Positions 27,233 through 42,200 of a stretch of 64,000 bases of DNA are shown piece by piece. The translations under genes were made by a program, and so were the position numbers. The notes under the pieces were generated by a model. It worked only from the letters and a program-made list of their open reading frames with translations. It made no database searches and was not told where the DNA came from. Within the stretch, counting starts at the first letter, position 1. The number at the start of each line of letters is the position of its first letter. Origin of the DNA: an uncultured bacterium (GTDB lineage Bacteria; Patescibacteriota; Minisyncoccia; Phycocordibacterales; UBA11359); the NCBI GenBank assembly GCA_903831815.1, contig CAIKZC010000010.1:162474-226473 (forward strand), in the 5' to 3' direction.

Positions 27233-30200
27233 ATGTTCGTACGTTTTTTTCATATTTCTAAACCTGTTTTAATTTCAGTTTCTCTTTTTTTAATTTGCAT
27301 TTTACCTTTGAAATCTTTGGCTGACGATAACATTGTCGTCACGGATGTTTCCACTTCAATTTCAGATACGTCATTAATTTCCGATATTGTTGAATCGGAG
27401 TCTATTTCGGATGTAGTCACTCCTACAACAATCGATACTAATCCTGCCGAAATTTCTACCTCTACTTCTACGGATACGGATACGGAAAATGATATTGCAA
27501 CTTCAACAGCGACTTCAGTAACTTCATCAGAAAATTCTTCGACGACAACTGAGGCGACTTCGACCGATAGTAATGTTGTTGTTTCAACTTCAACTCCAAA
27601 CATTTCCGAGCAATTAACCAGTACCGGAAAATTGGTGACGGTTTCGGCGACTGATGAACAGGAAGCGATCACACCGATGATTAACGTTCCGGTCCGTGTG
27701 GCAATTTCGGAAATTTTTAAAGTTGGTCAGGAAAATAAAATAAAAATTAAATGGCAAAACAATGACGGTCAGGATATGCAGTTTACGGCAATTGATGAAG
27801 ATGGAAATGGTTACATTGATCATGTTGAATGGATCGTGCCGCACCTCTCGACTCAAACTTTTGATTTGATTTATATTTCCGATGCCTTGTTGTTGGACAC
27901 AAATAAAAATCCGATCGAAGATATTTTTGATATTGTCGGAACTCAAGATCAAAATTATAAAACCATAAATGACGGACAATATGTTCGAATGACGTTTGAG
28001 ACAAAATTGAATAATACAAGATACATTTCGGTTTTTGGAAAACCTCATGACGCCAGTCAGTCAAGTTCGATTGAAGTTTATCCTGTTTACACTGATGCCC
28101 AAGGAAATACGACTGAAGGCAATCCAATTCAAACGACTTTTCAAATCGATCATGATGGTGAGTATCAAATCTATTTGACCGATCTTCAAACACCAACCGA
28201 CGTTTTTGATCTGAGAGCTGTGGGGAATATAGATATTGATTACATTGTTGACACAATAGGACCACCATTAAACGCTTTTTGGGTCGGTGGCACAGGTCGC
28301 TGGTATGCCGACGCTGCTGCTCACTGGGCAACGTCAACTAACGGTCTAACTAGTGCCGGCAACTTACCTGGTCCGAATACTAACGTGACTTTTGATTCTA
28401 ACTCAGGATCTGCATCATCCGTTGTAACAATAGATGCAACAACTTCTCCAATCAACATAACCTCGTTGACTATCAGTACTTACACCGGAACTATTACTCA
28501 AAGTGCAAGTCTTATTATATCCGGAAGTTATTCTCAAGCTTCGGCTGCCACATTTACTTCGCCCAATCCGGCCTCGAGCACACTTTCAGTCGGTGGTAAC
28601 TTTTCGGTTACGGCCGGGACATTTAGACGTTATACGGGAATGGGCATAACTACCGATCCCTTTGTAATTTATGATGTGTATGGTTTGCAGGGCATGAAAA
28701 CCGGTCTCTCCAACTCTTACAAACTTTATGGTGATATTGACGCAACTAATACCGCCTTATGGAATACTATAGGAAGTACAACGACAGGTTTCGTACCGGT
28801 TGGCACAAACACTACCAGCTTTAATGGAAATTTTGATGGTGCCGGTTACACGATCAGAAATTTGTATATCAATTCTACAACGACAAACTATGTCGGTCTT
28901 TTTGGTTATGCAACAAGTACAATTCAAAACGTAAATCTTTCAAATATTTCAATTACGGCGACAAGCACTTTTGGTACTATCGGTGGAAATGGAAATCCTG
29001 GTAATGCGAGCACAAGCCCGACTGCTGGAGGTACAGGTTCGGTTGGTGGAGTTGGAGCCAACTTATATATAGGAGGTTTGGTTGGTTTTGGTGCAGGTTT
29101 TATTTCCAATGTTAATGTATCAGGAATAATTTCAGGCTTTGGCGGAGCTGGAGGTAAAGCTGGTGATGGAGGTAAAGGAGGAAACACTACATCCGGTGCT
29201 ACGACGGCGGGTGCTGGAGGAGCTACTGTCAGTGACGCCGTTGCTATTGGGGGCACGGTTTATATTGGAGGACTAGTTGGATATTATCAGGTTGGAGATA
29301 TCACTAATGCTAACAGTACTGTGTCGGTTATTGGCATCGGTGGTGCGGGCGGAGCGGGAGGTAAAAGTGGAGATGGTGGAACCAACTTAGGAACAGGTAT
29401 TGGTGGAGCCGGAGGAGCGACTGTTGGAGTCGCCGGCGCCGGCGGAGCCATATATGCCGGAGGATTGGCAGGTTGGGTTAATGCAGGTTCGATTATTACT
29501 TCTTCGGCGACAGGTAATGTGACGGCGACGGGCGGTGTGGGTGGCACAGCGGGAGGAGCGGGAGTTGGCGGAGCGGGAGGTGGCGCGGCTATCGGTGGCA
29601 ACGGAGGAGCCGGTGGCACTGGAGGGGCTGGCGGAGCGAGCTATGCTGGTGGTCTCGTTGGATACAATTTTGGAAATATTGAAGATGGATCATTTGCTAC
29701 AGGTATTGTGCAATCTTATGGTGGCATCTCCGGTGCCGGAACAATAGGTGGCTATGGTGGTGCGAGCGCTACTTCAACTTCAGGTACGGCTGCAAGTGGC
29801 GGTAACGGAGGCACCGGTGGTGCGGGGGCTATTGCTTATGCCGGAGGCTTGGTTGGTCAAAATGCTGTCGGCGGAATTATCACCGGTTCGACAAGTCCAA
29901 TTTATGCTACAGGAACAACTACCGCTGTCGGGTCGGCCGGTAAGGATGGACAAAACGGTGGAGCTGGAGGTGACGGTTCAAAAGGTACTGCTCATACTGG
30001 GGGTCTTGGAGGTAACGGAGTTGCCGGATCTATTGGTGGTGGTGCTTATGCCGGGGGACTTGTTGGACTTAACTCAGGAATTATTATTTCTTCAAATTCA
30101 AATACCGGATTGGTTACTGTAACTGGCGGCGCTGGTGGTGCCGGCGGTACTGGTGGCTCAGGAGGTTTAAAAGGAACAAGTGGGACGAGTGGAACAGGCG

Positions 30201-33200
30201 GTACAACAGGAAACGGTGGTTCAGCCAACTCTACTTCGGCATATGGAGGAGGATTAGTTGGAAGTAACACAGGAATTATTCAAAATTCATCGGCTCAAAA
30301 TTCAGTATCTGGTCTTGGAGGTTCAGGCGGAAAAGGAGGCGATGGTGTCGCTGCATTAACAGGATTTGCCGGTGGTGTCGGTGCCACAGGTGGTGCGGGA
30401 GGTATTCTATATATAGGAGGCATAGCCGGAGGTAATACATATTTAATTAGTAGTAGTTCGTATCTTAATGGAAGTGTTTCCGGTACGGCTGGTGCGGGAG
30501 GATCTGCCGGAGTTGGTGGTGCCGGTGGAAACTGGGCAGGTGGATTGGCAGGTACAGCCGGCACGGCTACGGTCGGAGCGGCTATTTATGCCGGAGGAGC
30601 AATTGGTCGTAATGATTATTTAGTTATTTCTAATGTTTATGCAACAGGGAATGTTGCAGGTACATCCGGTGCTGGTGGTGCCGGAGCAAAAGGTGGCGAC
30701 GGCGGCACAAGTCTAAATGGTGTCGTCGGAAGTGCCGGAGCTTCCGGAGGTGTTTCATATATCGGAGGACTCATCGGATATCACAACAACGGAGAAATTC
30801 TAAATTCATGGGCGACCGGAAGTGTTATTGCTAATGTCGGAGTTGCAGGCAATGGTGGCGGTGGCGGTAATGGTGGTACTGGAGCTGCGTCAACTGTTGG
30901 TGGCATCGGTAACACAGCCGGTAACGGCGGTGCGGGTGGCAACGCTTTCGGTGGCGGTCTTGTTGGCGTGACCAACTTAGGTACAATTACAAATTCTTAC
31001 GCGACGGGAAGTACCACGGTGACCGCCGGCGCTGGTGGCGTTGGTGGACTTGGAGGCACTGGTGGCGCCGGCGGTTCAAACGCAATCGGTGGTGCCGGTG
31101 GTGCCGGAGGTGCCGGTGGCACAGGTGGAGCCGCTTATGCCGGTGGACTTGTCGGACAAAATAATGCAATCATTCAATCAAATTCATGGGCTAGTGGAAG
31201 CGCGACCTCAACCGGAGGAATTGCCGGGGATGCCGGCGCCGGCGGCGCCGGCGGAACCACCACCGCTAGTACTGTCAACTCAGGTGTTGCCGCTGCGGGA
31301 GCGTCTGGTGGAACGGGTGGTACCGGTGGAGCCGCTTATGCCGGAGGATTGGTAGGAAATAACACAAATACGATAACTGATTCATATGCTATCGGAGGAA
31401 TTATAGTAGCCATTTCAACGCCGGGTAAAAACGGTGGATTATCCGGAGTGGCGGGAAACGGTTCGGCTGGAGGGTCGAGTCATACTGGCGCGGTTGGTGC
31501 TACTGGTGCCGCTGGTGGCGGCGGTGCTCTCGCTTATGCCGGAGGATTAGTAGGACAAAATTCATCAACGATTACAAATTCGCATTCCGACCAAGGCATA
31601 GCGAAAGCTACCGGAAATGCTGCGGGTAACGGCGCTGATGGCGGAGCTGGCGGTGTTGGCGGAACGGGCGGAAACGGAGGTGTCGGTGGAGTTGGTGGTA
31701 TCGGCGGAGCTGCCGTTTCAATCTTTGCCGGGGGACTTGTTGGGTATAACGTAGCTGGAATTATTCAATCTAATTCACATTCGTCTGACGACGCTATAGT
31801 TGTTGGACAAGGTGCCGGTAATGCCGGTAACGGCGGTGCCGGCGGTACTGCGGCAGCTGGAGGAGTCGGCGGCTTTTATTCTGCCGGTGGTCCCGGCGGT
31901 GCCGGAGGTTTGGTTGGAAGCAATACAGGAATTATTGATAGTTCATACGCAACCGGGAATTCAACTTCTACGGGAGGTCTAGGTAGTTCATATGGTACAG
32001 GCGGTAATGGAGGTAGTGGATCTACTGGCGCAACCGGTGGAACATTTACGCTTACCAGTAGTCCTGCTCGAACCGGTGGTTATGCTGCTGTTGGTGGCTT
32101 AGTAGGTTTAAATAATGCAAACGGCGCTATTCAGGGTATTTGTTATGCAAATGGAAATGCTGTGGGAATTGGAGGCAATGGCGGATTTGCAAGCAGTTCA
32201 CCAAATGGTGGTAACTCAACTGGTGCAGTTGCCGGCGCTGCGGGCATTGCTGGTGGTGCTGGAGGTGCCGGAGGAGGTGCTTATGCGGGAGGATTAGTGG
32301 GATACAACTTATCTGTTATAAGTACCAGTTCTTATGCGACAGGAAATGCGTCTTCAACTGGCGGTACTGGTGGCGCCGGCGGCAACGGTGGAAATGGTGG
32401 CTATGGCGGATCAGCTGGGGTGGCTGGTGTAAATGCCGGTAACGGTGGCGCTGGCGGAACAGCTTATTCCGGAGGAATTATAGGATTGAATGGAACTATC
32501 GGATCCTCGGTCATAACTAACGAGGGTACTATTGGTAATGCAAATTCAACTGGCATTATTACTGCTTATGGCGGGACCGGAAATACCGGTGGCTCTGGCG
32601 GCAATGGTGGCAATGCTACAAGTACAGCTGCATATATTGGGGGTGGCGGAGGTACCGGAGGTACCGGTGGCGCCGGTGGCACAAGTGCAGTTGGTGGTGC
32701 TGCTGGGTATAGTGTTGGTTATGTTAAAGATATTTCATACACAGTTTTGGGTTCAAATTTAAATTCTTTGGGTGGAGCAGCAGGCAATGGTGGAGGCGGT
32801 GGTTACGCTGGAGCCAGCGGAAACATATCAGCCGGTGTTGGTGCTACTGCCGGTAACGGCGGTATTGGTGGCGCTGGCGGAAATACGTTGCTAGGTGGAC
32901 TAGTAGGATATAATGATGGATATATAATCAATTCTAATATTCATATAAATGGAAATCTTTCGGCAAGTGGCAGAATTGGAGGTAACGGTGGCACCGGAGG
33001 TAACGGTGGAGATGCAACCAACGGTGTTGGAGGACATAGTGGTGGAGTCGCAGGTACGGGAGGCACCGGAGGCGCTGGCGGTACTGTCGGTATAGGAGGA
33101 CTTGTTGGACTAGCTAATGGAATTATTACAAATTCTCATAGCGATGGAGACATGATCGTTGTTTTAGCTGGCGGTAACGGAGGAATTGGCGGTAACGGAG

Positions 33201-36200
33201 GAATAGGTGGACTTTCAAGTACTACTATGGCCACTGCCAAAAACGGCACCGGTGGTGCAGGAGGTACAGGAGGAGCGGCCGGGTACGTTTATGCTGGAGG
33301 TCTTATCGGATACAATAATACTGCTGACACGTATTTTGATAATATTTATTCTAATAATAATGTTATTGCCAATGGAGGAGTTGGAGGCAACGGCGGATCT
33401 GCGGCAACTAGTACAGTTGGTGCTAACGGCAACACCGGAGGTGCAGGTGGAATTCCAAACTATCTCAGTGCTGGTGGTCTTATTGGAAGCATTACAGCAG
33501 CAGGGCTTTCTTTGACGAATTCTTATGCAACTGGAAACGTAAACGCCACGGCCTTTGCCGGAGGACAGGGTATTATCGGTAGTATCGGAGGGAATGGCAC
33601 GACAACTATGCTTGGCGGCGGCGGAGGAATTGGTGGTGCTGGCGGTACTGGTGGAGGAGTTATGGGCGGAGGTCTAGTTGGTTATATTTCTGGTGGTATG
33701 GTTTATATCGGCACTTCTACTTATGCCACCGGTGATGTAAATATTACTGCGGGAGCTGCTGGTGCCGGCGGTCAAGGTGGTGATGGAGGAGTTGGGAACG
33801 GAGCGCCTGGCGGATTGGGAGGTACAGGTGGCGCTGGAGGTACGGGTGGCGCTGCATACGGTGGTGGACTTATAGGATATATTACTTCAGGAGAAGTTAT
33901 TGGTGCGCATGCCAACGGTAATGTTGTTGCAAATGGAAATAGGGGGGGTGACAGCGGTAACGGTGGTAAAGGTGGTGATGGAGGGGTTGGAACTGTCGGT
34001 GGAGTTGGTGGTACCGGAACAGTTGGAGCAACTGGAGGTGCGGCTTATGCTGGGGGACTTGTGGGTACAAATGCAGGAGCCACAATTCAAAATTCATATT
34101 GTATTACCGGTTTAGTTACCGGAATCGGAGGTAATGCTGGTAATGGCGGTATCGGAGGTAATGCCGGTGTAACCGGAAATCTTACAGCTTCTACCACAGC
34201 CGCCGGTGGTGTCGGTGGAAACGGTGGTGTTGGTGGAGGTACTGGCGTAGGTGGATTGGTCGGATATAATACTTCAGTTAAAGCGATCATAAATAATTCT
34301 TATGCTACAGTAAATGCAACGACAACTGGTGGAACTGGCGGGACTGGTGGCGCCGGAGGTAATGGAGGTGACGGATCAGCTAACGGTAGTACTGCTCTGA
34401 CTGGCGGAGTTGGAGGAGTTGGAGGAAACGGAGGTGCCGGTGGCGGCGCCGGTGGTAACGCAGTTCAGATTGGTGGTCTTGTGGGACTCAATACTTTAGG
34501 AACTATTAATAATTCTTTTGCTCAATTTGGAACGATGACTGCTTTTGGAGGACTCGGCGGTACCTCTACCATTGGAGGTTTTGGTGGAGTCGGAACAACC
34601 ACTGGTTTGAATGGAATTGCTGGTATCGGAGGTACTGGTGGCGCCGGCGGTGCTATTTATGCTGGAGGTTTAGTTGGTTACACTACCGGTGTTGTTCAAA
34701 ATTCATTTTCTAAAACAACTTTAAATATTACAGGTGGATCCGGCCGAGACGGAACAGTTGGTCGTGATGGAGTTGCAAACAGAGGATCGGCTGGTTCCGG
34801 TGGCGGCGCCGGTGGAGCATCAGGTCTAATTTATGCAGGAGGTCTCGTAGGCTTCACTACATCTGATATTATTTCTTCATATGCAAGTTACGATTCTGGT
34901 TCCGGGGCGGGAAATATTAGTGTGACGGGAGGAACTCCTGGAAACGGAGCGAAAGGCGGTGATGGAGGGTTAGGACTTACAAATGGTGGACCTGGTGGCA
35001 ATGGTGCCGTTGCAGGTGGTGGTAAAGGCGGTGATGCCGGAGGAGCTTTTGTTGGTGGACTTTTAGGATATTCTTCAGCTGCAGGAATTGTTTCTTCTTC
35101 ATCGGCAGACACAATTACAATTTTGGGAAATGAACAAAAAGGCGGAAAGGGAGGTGATGGAGGAAAAGGTGGAAATGGCACCGTGAACTTTATTGGTGGT
35201 TTAGGTGGAATTGCCGGAGCTGGTGGAGCTGGTGGAATTCGCGGATATGGAGGGCTTGTCGGTGACAACTTGGGAGTTATACAAAATTCATCTTCTTCAA
35301 TTAGTATTTTACTTTATGGAGGAAACGGTGGTGATGGTGGCATAGGCGGCGCCGGCGGTGCTTCGGGACCGACGACGTCCTCTTCGACAGCCGCAACTGG
35401 TGGAGCGGGTGGAGCTGGCGGCGCCGGTGCTGCTACTTACGGCGGAGGTTTGATTGGCCGTACAGCCGGGACTTTTCAAATAAGTGATTCGTTTGCTTTG
35501 GGTGATGTAAATATTTTTGGTGGTACAGGTGGAGTTGGTGGCACCGGCGGTGATGGCGGTGACGGTTCAACCGGAACCAGTACCCATGTTGGATCGGTTG
35601 GAGCTTTGGGTGGCGCGGCCGGAGTTGGTGGTGCAGCTTATTCCGGAGGCTTGGTTGGATTTAATAACTCTTCAACAGGTGTCGCAAACTTTTTTAATGA
35701 TTTTGCCATAGGTGATGCTTTTGCAACTGGAGGTAACGCTGGAAGCGCTGGAACTTCCGGTAAAGGTGGTGCTTCAAGAATTACTCAAAACGGCGGCGCC
35801 GGTGGTGGTGCTGTTACTGCTGTGGCTGGCGGAGCCGCATACGCCGGTGGTTTGATTGGATACAACTTAATCACTACCGGTATCAGCGATATTTTAAATT
35901 CATACGCGGCGGGTATAGCTAGCTCGACTGGAGGAATAGGAAGTCTCGGAAGTAATGGTGGTAATGGAACAAGTGCGGTTGCCACTTCAACTGGAGGTGT
36001 CGGTGGCGCCGGAGGTGCAGGAGGAGCGGGAGGCGCTGGCGGTGAAGCTGATGCCGGAGGTTTGGTTGGATACAGCAGTGTTACTACGGGAGGAAATAAT
36101 TATTTCAACACATATTCTACAAGCATAATTGTATCTGCTTTGGGCGGTAAAAGCGGTAACGGCGGAAGTGCCGGAAGATCTGGTACTGGTGGAGTGGGCG

Positions 36201-39200
36201 CCGCCGGAGGCAACACAGGGGCCAGTGGTGCGAGTGGCAACGGTGGTGCCGCTTACGCCGGAGGTTTGATCGGTAACACTAGTTCGTCCGCAAACAATGA
36301 TTTGGATATTGATACTAGTTATTCAACCGCAAATGCTTACGCAACAGGCGGAGCAAGTGGTGACGGAGCTCCAGGGGTTGTTGGTGGTACAGGAGGAACA
36401 ACTAGTAAAGGAGGTCTCGGAGGTAACGGCGGAGGGACTGGAAACGGCGGAGTTTCCGCTGCCGGTGGTCTTGTCGCTTCAAGTACTGCAATTATTGAAG
36501 ATGGATCTTATGCAACAGGTAACGCAAGTTCAACCGGCGGTGTAGTTGGAATTGCTGGTATCGGCGGCGCCGGCGGACCAACAGGCACTTCTACTAATGG
36601 TGGTACAGCCGCTACCGGAGGCAACGGCGGTATCGCCGGCAACGCCGGCGCCGCTTATGCCGGAGGTCTCGTTGCCAGCAACTCGTCAATTGGAATTATT
36701 TTAAATTCTTATTCAACTGGTTCTGTTAATGCTGTTTCTCAGAATGGTGGAGATGGGGGAAATGGTGGTACCGGTGGTGATGGATCAAACGGAATTTCAG
36801 GTCACTCGGGAGGTTTGGGTGGTAACGGCGGCGCCAGTGGTGCGGGTGGTACAGTTTACGCCGGAGGTTTCGTTGGAAATAATGTAAATTCCGCAAACAT
36901 AATTAGTACTTGTAATTCTACAGGTTTGACTGTGACCGGTGTTGCCGGAAACGGTGGAACGGGCGGCAAAGGAGGAGGTGGTGGTGTGCCGGGAATTGTA
37001 TCCGGACTTAATGGTGGCGCGGGCGGACTTGGTGCAACATCAATCACAGGCGGATCTTTATATCTTGGAGGATTTGTCGGTTATAACGACGGCATAATTC
37101 TTAATTCGTATTCAATAAGTAATGCGACAGGTACGGCTGGAACGGGTGGAACAGGAGGAGCCGGTGGTAATGGAGTAAAAGGATACACAGGAACTGGTGG
37201 CACGGGTGGTGCCGGAGGATTAGCTGGAGTAGCTGGTGCCGGAGGCATTGCCTATGGTGGTGGATTTGCAGGCTATAATAATACAAACAGACTGATCAGA
37301 GATTCTTATTCAACCGGTACATTGACAATAACCGGAGGGAATGGGGGTACCGGCGGTGTTGGCGGTTCAGGTGGTAACGGTGGAAACGGTAATTCCGGCT
37401 GGCCTGGAGGTACAGGTGGAAATGCCGCCACGAGTACCGCTGGAATAATCGGTGGAATTACTTATGGAGGAGGATTAATTGGTCTCAATTATGGTGGAAC
37501 GATTGTTTCGGATTATTCATTAGGAACTGTAATAGTTAGAGGATCTAATGGTGGTGCTAGTGGCGCCGGTGGTAAGGGTGGTGATGGAGGAGATTCTACT
37601 AGTGCCGGTTATTCTGGCGGTAACGGAGGTATTGCTGGAGCTACGGTATCGGCGGGGAATGCCGGTGATGTTTATGCCGGAGGTTTAATAGGTGCTTTCA
37701 ATTTCGTGGGCGCTTTAATTCAAAGTTCTTGGTCATCAGGGAACGTTTATGCATTCGGTGGAAACGGTGGTCTTGCTGATCTTGCTGGTGTGGCTGGAAC
37801 CGGGGGTGTTGGTGGTGCAGGTGCTGCCGGAGGCAACGGTGGCGCAAGCACTGGTGGTGCCACTGGCGGTTCGGGAGGATCAACAAATGCAGGTGGACTT
37901 GTTGGACTCGGATATGGCGGTAACGCAAGTTATGCTACTGGTAATGTAGTAGCTATCGGTGGAAATGGAGCTTATGGAGCAACTGGTGGAAAAGGTGGTA
38001 ATGGAGGTAAAGGAGGATCAGGCACAGGTGGTAATGGTGGTAATGGAAATACCGGCGGAATAGGTGGTGCGGCTGGCAAGGGTGGCGATGTAAACGCTGG
38101 GGGTTTTATAGGATTTGATTCCAGTAATCCATCAAATATTTATTCATTAGGTAATATCAGTTCAACTGCAGGTCTGGCTGGTATTGGTGGTAATGGTGGA
38201 GCCGGAGGAAATGCCGGAGCTGCCGGTAGTGCCAGTTCAACTGCTGGTGTTAATGGTAATGGAGGTAACGGCGGTGACGGTAAAGCAAACGGCACTAATT
38301 ACGCTGGAGGCCTTGTGGGTTTCGTCTTTGGTGGTTACACAATTACAAATAGTTACTCAAGAGGAACGGTTTTTGCAAGCACTACTATTACAGGTAGTGT
38401 CGGAGGCTCTGTTGGAGCGGCTGGCACCGGTGGAAGCGGCGGCTCATCCGGATCTTTAACTGGAGCTACAGGCGGTTCGGCCAGTTCGGTCGTCGGAGGC
38501 ATGGCTGGTTATGGGAGTGGTACTTTTTTCTACACAAGTTATTGGGATACTAATACGTCCGGAACGACTACCGCTACCGGTAACGGCTCTTCTTCGGGCA
38601 TGAATGGTACAACGACAGCTAATATGATGAAGAAGGCAACATTCTCCGGATGGGATTTTACTTCGCTGGTTTGGAATATTGCGGAAGCTTCAACCTATCC
38701 ATATTTTGATTATCAAACTGTTCCTGTTGCACCGACAAATGTCGTGGCTGTGAGAGGCGACCGCAGTGCTACAATCACATTTACACCGCCAGCCAACACC
38801 GGTTCAGCTATTTTGTATTACACTGCCACCTCAAATGATGCTCGTGTGGCTACGAGCAGTACGGCTTCAATTACTTTCACCGGTCTCACTAATGGTGCTT
38901 ATTATACTTTCACCGTGACCGCAACTAATATGATTGGTACCAGTTCTCCTTCGGCAACAAGTAATTCCGTAAAACCTGCGGCAGTACCGGCTGCGCCAAC
39001 AATCACTTCAATCACAGGTGGAATAGGTAGCGCCACGATCACTTTTTCAACCACGACAAGCAACGGCTCGGATATTTTGTATTACACTATCACCTCAACT
39101 GATGGATTGCATACAATTACGAGTGGTAATTCGCCGGTCACTATTGGTGGTTTGACCAACGGCGCGACTTACATGTTCACCGTGACTGCAACCAATGATG

Positions 39201-42200
39201 TTGGCACAAGTTCAATATCCGGCACAAGTGATCCTGTAACTCCTGCCAGAGCTCCCGATGCTCCATCAATAATTTCCGTAACGAGAGGCGATGGAAATGT
39301 GACAGTAACTTTTTCAACGACAACATTTAACGGCGGTTCAAATATTTTGTATTACACCGTGACTTCTAATGACGGACACACTGCGGTTGGCGGTGATTCA
39401 CCGTTAACTGTTTTATATCTCAATGATGGAACACCATATACTTTCACCGTCACCGCAACAAATAACGTCGGCACAAGTTCGCCTTCGGCAACAAGTGATT
39501 CCATAACTCCGGCCAGAGTTCCCGATGCTCCATCAATAATTTCCGTAACTAGAGGTGATGGAAATGTGACGATTACTTTTTCAACGACAACATATAATGG
39601 TGGTTCAAATATTTCATATTATTCAATCACATCAAGCGATGGACAGATTACGACTGGTGGCACTTCGCCGATTATATTTAGAAATCTTAATAATGGCACA
39701 CCATACACTTTCACGATCACCGCTACAAACGACGTTGGCACTAGCACTTCCGTAGGAGTAAGTGATACTGTAATTCCGGCTAGAGTTCCAGATGCTACGA
39801 TTATTGGATCGGCAACGAGAGGTGTTAATGAAGCCACAATTAATTTTTCAACGACGACATATAATGGCGGTTTAAGCATTTTGTATTACACCGTGACAAC
39901 AAACGACGGATTGATTTCAGTTAGTGGCGGTACGTCGCCACTCACAATCAAAGGTCTTACAAATGGAGTAAATTATACTTTTACCGTCACGGCTACAAAT
40001 GCAGTTGGCACTAGCTCTGCATCATTTGCTTCAAATGGAGTTACGCCTGCCGATGTACCTGCCGCTCCAACGATTACCTCTATCTTCGGAGGTATCAATA
40101 GAGCGACGATTACTTTTTCAACTACGACTAGTAACGGCTCAACAATTTTGTATTACACCGTCACTTCAAATGATGGATTGCATACTATTACCAGTGGCAA
40201 TTCACCGGTTACATTTAATGATTTAACTAACGGCACCACCTATACATTTACTGTTACTGCAACCAATGGTGTCGGTACAAGTTCTTCTTCCAGTGTTAGT
40301 GATCCAATCATGCCTGCCGGCGTACCTGATGCTCCAATAAATGTTTTCGCCACTAGAGATGATGGTAAAGCGTTGATTACTTTCACAAAACAGAATGATA
40401 ACGGTTCGACGACTTTGTATTACACCGCCACATCAAATGACGGATCGAAATTCGGCACGAGCACTTCAAATTCAATTCTGGTTACAGGATTGGCAAACGG
40501 CACAATTTACTTTTTCACAGTAACCGCAACTAACGGAGTAGGTACCAGTTCCATTTCAACTGCTAGCAATTTTGTCATTCCGGCAACCACTCCAAATTCT
40601 CCATTGATTGGATCGGTCATAAGAGGTAACGGCGAAGCGACAATTAATTTTTCATATCCAAATGATAATGGTTCAACGATTCTTTATTACACCGTCACTT
40701 CAAACGATGGTCTACATATCGCGACTGGTGGCGCTTCACCTCTTGTGGTTACCGGTCTCACTAATGGTGCAACTTACACTTTTACAGTAACCGCAACCAA
40801 TGACGTCGGCACAAGTTCTCCTTCCGGCACAAGTGATTCTGTCACTCCTGCAACTACTGCGAGCGCACCGACAAATATTACTGCCACTGGTGGTACTCAC
40901 GAAGCAACGATTTATTTTACACCGACATTACCGGCCAATAACGGAGGGTCAAATATTATCCACTACACTGTTACTTCGAATGATGGATTGCATTCCGCTA
41001 CAGGTGGTACTTCGCCGATTACCGTGTTCGGTCTCACTGACGGCGTCACTTATACTTTCACAGTTACTGCAACCAATGACGTAGGTACAAGTTCTCCATC
41101 GGCGACAAGTAACTCGGTTGTTCCGGCCGACGTCCCAGACGCACCAACTTATGTAAACGCAATTGGCGGTAATGGAGAAGCTACAATTACTTTTACGTAT
41201 CCAAATAACAATGGTTCTGTTATTACTTACTACACCGTCACTTCAAATGATGGATTGCACACCGCAACCGGTGGCGCTTCACCTATTACTATTACCGGGC
41301 TTTCCAATAATACAACTTACACATTTACAGTTACCGCTACTAACGCTGCAGGAACAAGCACTCCATCTGGAACAAGTAATTCTGTTGTTCCTTCCGCTGT
41401 TCCTGATGCGCCGTCAAATGTGGTGGCCGTTCGTGGTAGGGGTGAAGCCACGATTTCCTTTACGTATCCAAACAATAACGGTTCGATCATTACCTACTAC
41501 ACCGTCACTTCAAACGATGGACAGACTGCGACGGGTGGTACGTCGCCAATAACCGTTAAAGGTTTGACGAATGGTTTGAATTATACTTTTACTGTCACCG
41601 CCACAAACGCCAACGGTACGAGTTCTGCTTCAATCTCAAGCGATGCAGTGATGCCTGCGACCTATCCTAATGCGCCGGGAAATCTTGCCGCAACACTTGG
41701 AAACGGTAGTGCTAATTTGACTTGGTCGGCTCCATTTAACGGCGGTTCAGCTATAACTCTTTATACCGTGACATCAAACACCGGAGGTCATACGGCTACA
41801 ACGACCGGTACATCGGTTACCGTTTATGGGTTAACGAATGGCATGCCATATACTTTTACGGTTACAGCAAGCAATGATATGGGCATGAGCACGTCTTCCA
41901 ACACAAGCAATTCGGTGATTCCGGCTAATGTTCCGGGTGCGCCAGGAAACCTTACAACATTAGTTTTGGATAGCAGTATAAGTTTGTCTTGGTCCGCCCC
42001 AACGTCGACCGGAGGATCGGATGTCACGGATTATATCGTTCAATATAAATTAACAAACAATGGAACTTGGTCTGCTTTTGATGATGGCGTTGGAACCAAT
42101 CTGGTAACGACTGTTACAAATCTATCAAATAATAGTTCTTATGATTTTCGTATTTTGGCTAAAAATGCGGCCGGTCAGAGTTTTCCGTCTAATATAGCAA

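Noticed and set aside
28924-37286. Numerous minus-strand Pro-rich ORFs (e.g. 28924..29256, 29287..29619, 30295..30564, 34888..35268) inside the giant gene
   Set aside because: They are antisense read-throughs of GGN-rich Gly codons (NCC gives Pro) within a clearly coding + strand ORF, have no start or RBS context, and are low-complexity.
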